Assembly: GCA_964483785.1 (NCBI GenBank)
Contig: CAZACW010000007.1
Span: 375-64,374, forward strand
Source of the DNA: an uncultured Planctomycetales bacterium
GTDB lineage: Bacteria > Omnitrophota > Gorgyraeia > Zapsychrales > Fredricksoniimonadaceae
Direction of reading: 5' to 3'
Length of the DNA stretch: 64,000 bases
Shown here: piece by piece, positions 61,202 to 64,000 of the stretch
Numbering within the stretch: position 1 is the stretch's first letter
Layout of the letters: each line of letters starts with the position of its first letter
Made by a program: the position numbers and the translations under genes
The notes under the pieces: generated by a model
Database searches by the model: none
Seen by the model: only the letters and a program-made list of their open reading frames with translations
Told to the model about the DNA's origin: nothing

Positions 61202-62926
61202 ATGAAATCTCCTTTGATTAAAACAGCACTGGCCTTGAGCCTCGCAGCGGGCCTGTGCGCTTATTTTATGCCGCGGCTTTTGGCCGACGATGAGGCCGCG
61301 GCCCAGCAGGACGTCATTGACCTTGTCGTCGGCGACATCCAGACCGTGCAGGCCTCCGGCCTGACCAGGGTCTCGGTCACGAACCCGGACATCGCGGACA
61401 TTTCCGACGCTAAAGAAGACAAGGTTTCGCTGTTGGCCAAAAGGCAGGGCAAGACCATCCTGTTTTTGTGGGATGCCAACGGCAAGCGCACCGTCATCGT
61501 GCAGGTGATCAATGAAGAGCTTGGCTCCGTCAAGGCGCGCTTGCAGAAGATTTTGGCCGAGGCCAATATCACCGGCGTTGCCCTGGAAGAAAACCCCGAA
61601 GAAGGCAAGGTGGTGGTTTCCGGGTCCATGTCCAAGGAAGACAAGGACAGGCTTAACAATGTCCTGGCCCCCTACAGCGAGGGCCTGCTGAATCTCGTGA
61701 AGACGCAAAAGGACGAGGATTTGATCCAGGTGGACATGGAGGTCGTGGAAATCCAGACCAATTATGAAAAGAGCTTAGGCATTCTCTGGGGCTCGACCAG
61801 CTCCGGCGCCAACGGCGGGGGCGGCAGCAGTGCCGGCAATATCACGCTCAATTATAACGAGACCCTGCCGCAGATGAACGGCCATCCGGACAATTTTTTT
61901 AAGATCGGCAATTTCCGCAGGACAACGCCCCTGGAAGCCACGGTGCAGGCCCTGATCCAGGACGGCAAGGCCAGGCTGATTTCCAAGCCCAGGCTCGTCG
62001 CTGTCAGCGGCAAACAGGCCTCCTTCCTGGTGGGCGGCGAGATCCCCATTGAAACAACGACCACCAATACGACGGGCAGCACCTTGACCCAAAATACGAG
62101 CTATGCGCAGTACGGTGTCAACATGATGGTCACGCCCACCATCCGCGGCAGCAAGATCGATGTTTTGCTTAACATGGACATCCGCGACATCGACGCGGCC
62201 AATTCTTCCAACGGCAATGTGGCCTTTATCACCCGCAATGCCACCACCGACCTTTTGATGGAGAACAAGCAGACCATTGTGCTGGCGGGCCTGATCAAAT
62301 ATTCGGACAGCAAGCAGATCACCAAGGTCCCGTTTTTGGGGGACATCCCGGTCTTGGGGCTGTTGTTTCGCAGTTCCTCCTATCCTTCCCCGACGAATAA
62401 CACCGAGATGGTGATCATCTTGACGCCGACCGTGCTGACTGAAAAGAAATTCGAGCAGAAACAGCTGATCATGCCGACCCCTGAGGAGAACAAGGCCTGG
62501 AATGAGATCGACGGAAAATATCCGCATGAGGCCATGCACTCGGAGTGGCCGCATCCTAAGTCCTCCGGGGATGAGACCTCCCTGGTGCTTCCGGTGATGA
62601 CCGCCTACGCGCGCACGGTGCAGGAGAAGATTTCCCGGGCCATCGCCTATCCGCCCGCGGCCCTGGGGCAGGATCTGGCCGGCACGGTGAAGCTTAAACT
62701 GCACATTCTTAAAGACGGGTCCCTGGATTCGGAAGAGCTTCTGCAATCGTCGGGCAGCAATATCCTGGACCAGGACGCCATGCAGGCGGCCAGGTCCGCG
62801 GCCCCGTTTGACGCGTTTGCCTCCGGCATGGACCAGGACGATATTGTCTTTACCATCCCCATCGTGTACAACCGGATGATCACGCAGGGGCAGGCCGCTC
62901 CGGAGAAGGTCATCGCCTCGTATTAG
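61202..62926 (+). CDS. cpaC: Secretin (CpaC/RcpA-type) with a C-terminal TonB-C-like domain
   Basis: Secretin core (...VLAGLIKYSDSKQITKVPFLGDIPVLGLLFRSS...). The C-terminal ~120 aa (...AIAYPPAALGQDLAGTVKLKLHILKDGSL...) resemble the TonB_C/energy-transducer fold. Confidence 0.7.
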   Translation: MKSPLIKTALALSLAAGLCAYFMPRLLADDEAAAQQDVIDLVVGDIQTVQASGLTRVSVTNPDIADISDAKEDKVSLLAKRQGKTILFLWDANGKRTVIVQVINEELGSVKARLQKILAEANITGVALEENPEEGKVVVSGSMSKEDKDRLNNVLAPYSEGLLNLVKTQKDEDLIQVDMEVVEIQTNYEKSLGILWGSTSSGANGGGGSSAGNITLNYNETLPQMNGHPDNFFKIGNFRRTTPLEATVQALIQDGKARLISKPRLVAVSGKQASFLVGGEIPIETTTTNTTGSTLTQNTSYAQYGVNMMVTPTIRGSKIDVLLNMDIRDIDAANSSNGNVAFITRNATTDLLMENKQTIVLAGLIKYSDSKQITKVPFLGDIPVLGLLFRSSSYPSPTNNTEMVIILTPTVLTEKKFEQKQLIMPTPEENKAWNEIDGKYPHEAMHSEWPHPKSSGDETSLVLPVMTAYARTVQEKISRAIAYPPAALGQDLAGTVKLKLHILKDGSLDSEELLQSSGSNILDQDAMQAARSAAPFDAFASGMDQDDIVFTIPIVYNRMITQGQAAPEKVIASY

Positions 62927-62934
62927 TCCCTTCC

Positions 62935-62965
62935 AACCATCACAACCCCCGGGGTTGTGATGGTT
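62935..62965. repeat. PR1 palindrome copy 7, immediately after the secretin stop
   Basis: AACCATCACAACCCCCGGGGTTGTGATGGTT. Confidence 0.9.
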
Positions 62966-63017
62966 TCCTTTAAAATCGTCAGTGACAAAGCCGGGATTCA
63001 TGGTAAAATAGAGAGCC

Positions 63018-64000
63018 ATGTCCTCCAAGGTCATCACCATTTTCAGCAATAAAGGCGGTGTTGGGAAAACCTTTGTCGCCGTCAATATCGCCTGCGCCCT
63101 GGCCTTGAAAGGCCGGCGGGTGTTGATCGTGGATTTGAACCTGCAGGCCAGCCAGGACATGGCGCGCATGCTCAATCTGCCGCCCGCCTATTGCCTCATC
63201 GACATCCTGGCGGACATGGACCCTCCGGATGCCATCCGCAAGCACGTGATCAACCACAGCTGCGGCCTGCATTTTCTGCCCGGCATCAAGTCCCCGCGCC
63301 AAATCGGCCATATCACGGCCGACAATCTGCGCCTCTTTTTCAAGAAAGCTTCCAACCATTACGAATACATCATCGTCGACGGAGGCAGCACCTTCAGCGA
63401 GATTTTGATCAGCATCATGGACTCCTCCAACCTGATTTTTCTAGTTGGCACGCCGGACATTTTGGCCGTGTACCAGGTCAAGACCAGCCTGGAGATCATC
63501 CAGAGCCTGCATTTTCCTTTAAAAATGGTGCGGCTGATCCTTAACCGCGCCGAAAGCCGCGGCGGGGTGGCCTGGCAGGAGGTGAAAAACGCCCTGGCCT
63601 GCGAGGTCTTTTCCCTGATCCCCTCCGATGGCAAGACCGTGGGCATGGCCTTAAACCGCGGGGTGCCCTGCGTCATCGACAGCGCCAAGACCAAGGTCGC
63701 GGAAACTTTTTTCGAGATCGCCGACCATTTGGGCGACGAAAGCCTGTATATGCAGGCCAGCGACGTGATCAAGGTCCGCAGTTCGGACCACGCCTCCAAG
63801 AAATCCGACGAATTCTGGGAAAAATTCGGCATCACGCCCAACATGTCCGAGGGGGTGATGGATTTCAAGAAGGAAGAGGACGAGGTGATTAAGCTTAAAA
63901 GGGCCGTGCACAACCTGCTGGTTGAGCGCATGAACCTGCAAAAAATGTCCCCGGAGGTCTTGAACGACCCTTCGCAGGCCGCCAATCTGCGCAAGGCCGC
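63018..64000 (+). CDS. CpaE/TadZ-like ParA/MinD-family ATPase, continuing without a stop into a CpaF/TadA-like N-terminal region; 3' partial (runs off the window)
   Basis: Not in the ORF track (no in-window stop). Hand translation from the ATG at 63018: MSSKVITIFSNKGGVGKTFVAVNIACALA...; later ...EVIKLKRAVHNLLVERMNL..., which is typical of the CpaF N-terminus. Confidence 0.65.
   Translation, partial: MSSKVITIFSNKGGVGKTFVAVNIACALALKGRRVLIVDLNLQASQDMARMLNLPPAYCLIDILADMDPPDAIRKHVINHSCGLHFLPGIKSPRQIGHITADNLRLFFKKASNHYEYIIVDGGSTFSEILISIMDSSNLIFLVGTPDILAVYQVKTSLEIIQSLHFPLKMVRLILNRAESRGGVAWQEVKNALACEVFSLIPSDGKTVGMALNRGVPCVIDSAKTKVAETFFEIADHLGDESLYMQASDVIKVRSSDHASKKSDEFWEKFGITPNMSEGVMDFKKEEDEVIKLKRAVHNLLVERMNLQKMSPEVLNDPSQAANLRKA

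Noticed and set aside
61775-63175. 466-aa minus-strand ORF
   Set aside because: It is antisense to the well-supported secretin gene, with GC-rich low-complexity translation. Its HHNPGGCDG stretch is just the PR1 palindrome read in another frame.

Overview
This window is the replication-origin neighbourhood of a moderately GC-rich, Gram-negative-type bacterial chromosome. The + strand carries rpmH(-)|dnaA-dnaN-DUF721-gyrB-gyrA, with consensus DnaA boxes between dnaA and dnaN, followed by tRNA-Glu. The minus strand carries a long housekeeping block: yidD-yidC-jag-parA-parB-ndk-yicC-gmk-rpoZ-coaC, three tRNAs (Cys, Leu, Val), thrS-infC-rpmI-rplT-pheS-pheT, then rarA, 5-FCL ligase, rny-ymdB, PilZ x2, gltX and tRNA-Gln. 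The right edge holds a Tad/Flp-like pilus locus (PPIase, cpaB, a secretin with a TonB-C-like tail, and a cpaE/cpaF-like ORF running off the window).

The most notable feature is absent from the supplied ORF track, because it has no in-window stop. Positions 1..7993 on the minus strand are one uninterrupted reading frame (I scanned every in-frame TTA/CTA/TCA on the + strand and found none). It starts with an ATG and a signal peptide at 7993 and is still open at position 2, so it encodes at least about 2,660 aa. It is mosaic: an N-terminal domain paralogous to the 852-aa ORF at 31545..34103, a TolA-like charged coiled coil with 45-bp tandem repeats, poly-Pro linkers, an HlyD-like barrel-sandwich segment, a TolC-like segment, and C-terminal TM helices.

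Other notable items:
- A very abundant 29-31 nt perfect palindrome (ACCATCACAACCCC[C/G]GGGGTTGTGATGGT): seven copies plus a half-copy. One copy supplies a gene's C-terminus and stop codon, and one sits in-frame inside the 852-aa ORF.
- A second ~64-bp hairpin repeat family, with two copies.
- An AT-rich accessory island (~17.2-24.8 kb) abutting tRNA-Gln. It contains a decayed IS1-family element, an NYN protein, a HicB-like/HicA-like pair, PilZ, and a GHKL-ATPase + STAS-like (DUF4325-like) two-gene module preceded by tandem palindromes.
- No rnpA between rpmH and yidD.
- A 1-bp homopolymer frameshift in sucC.
- A 48-bp duplication of the tRNA-Glu 3' end plus its terminator hairpin.

No CRISPR array and no rRNA were found.
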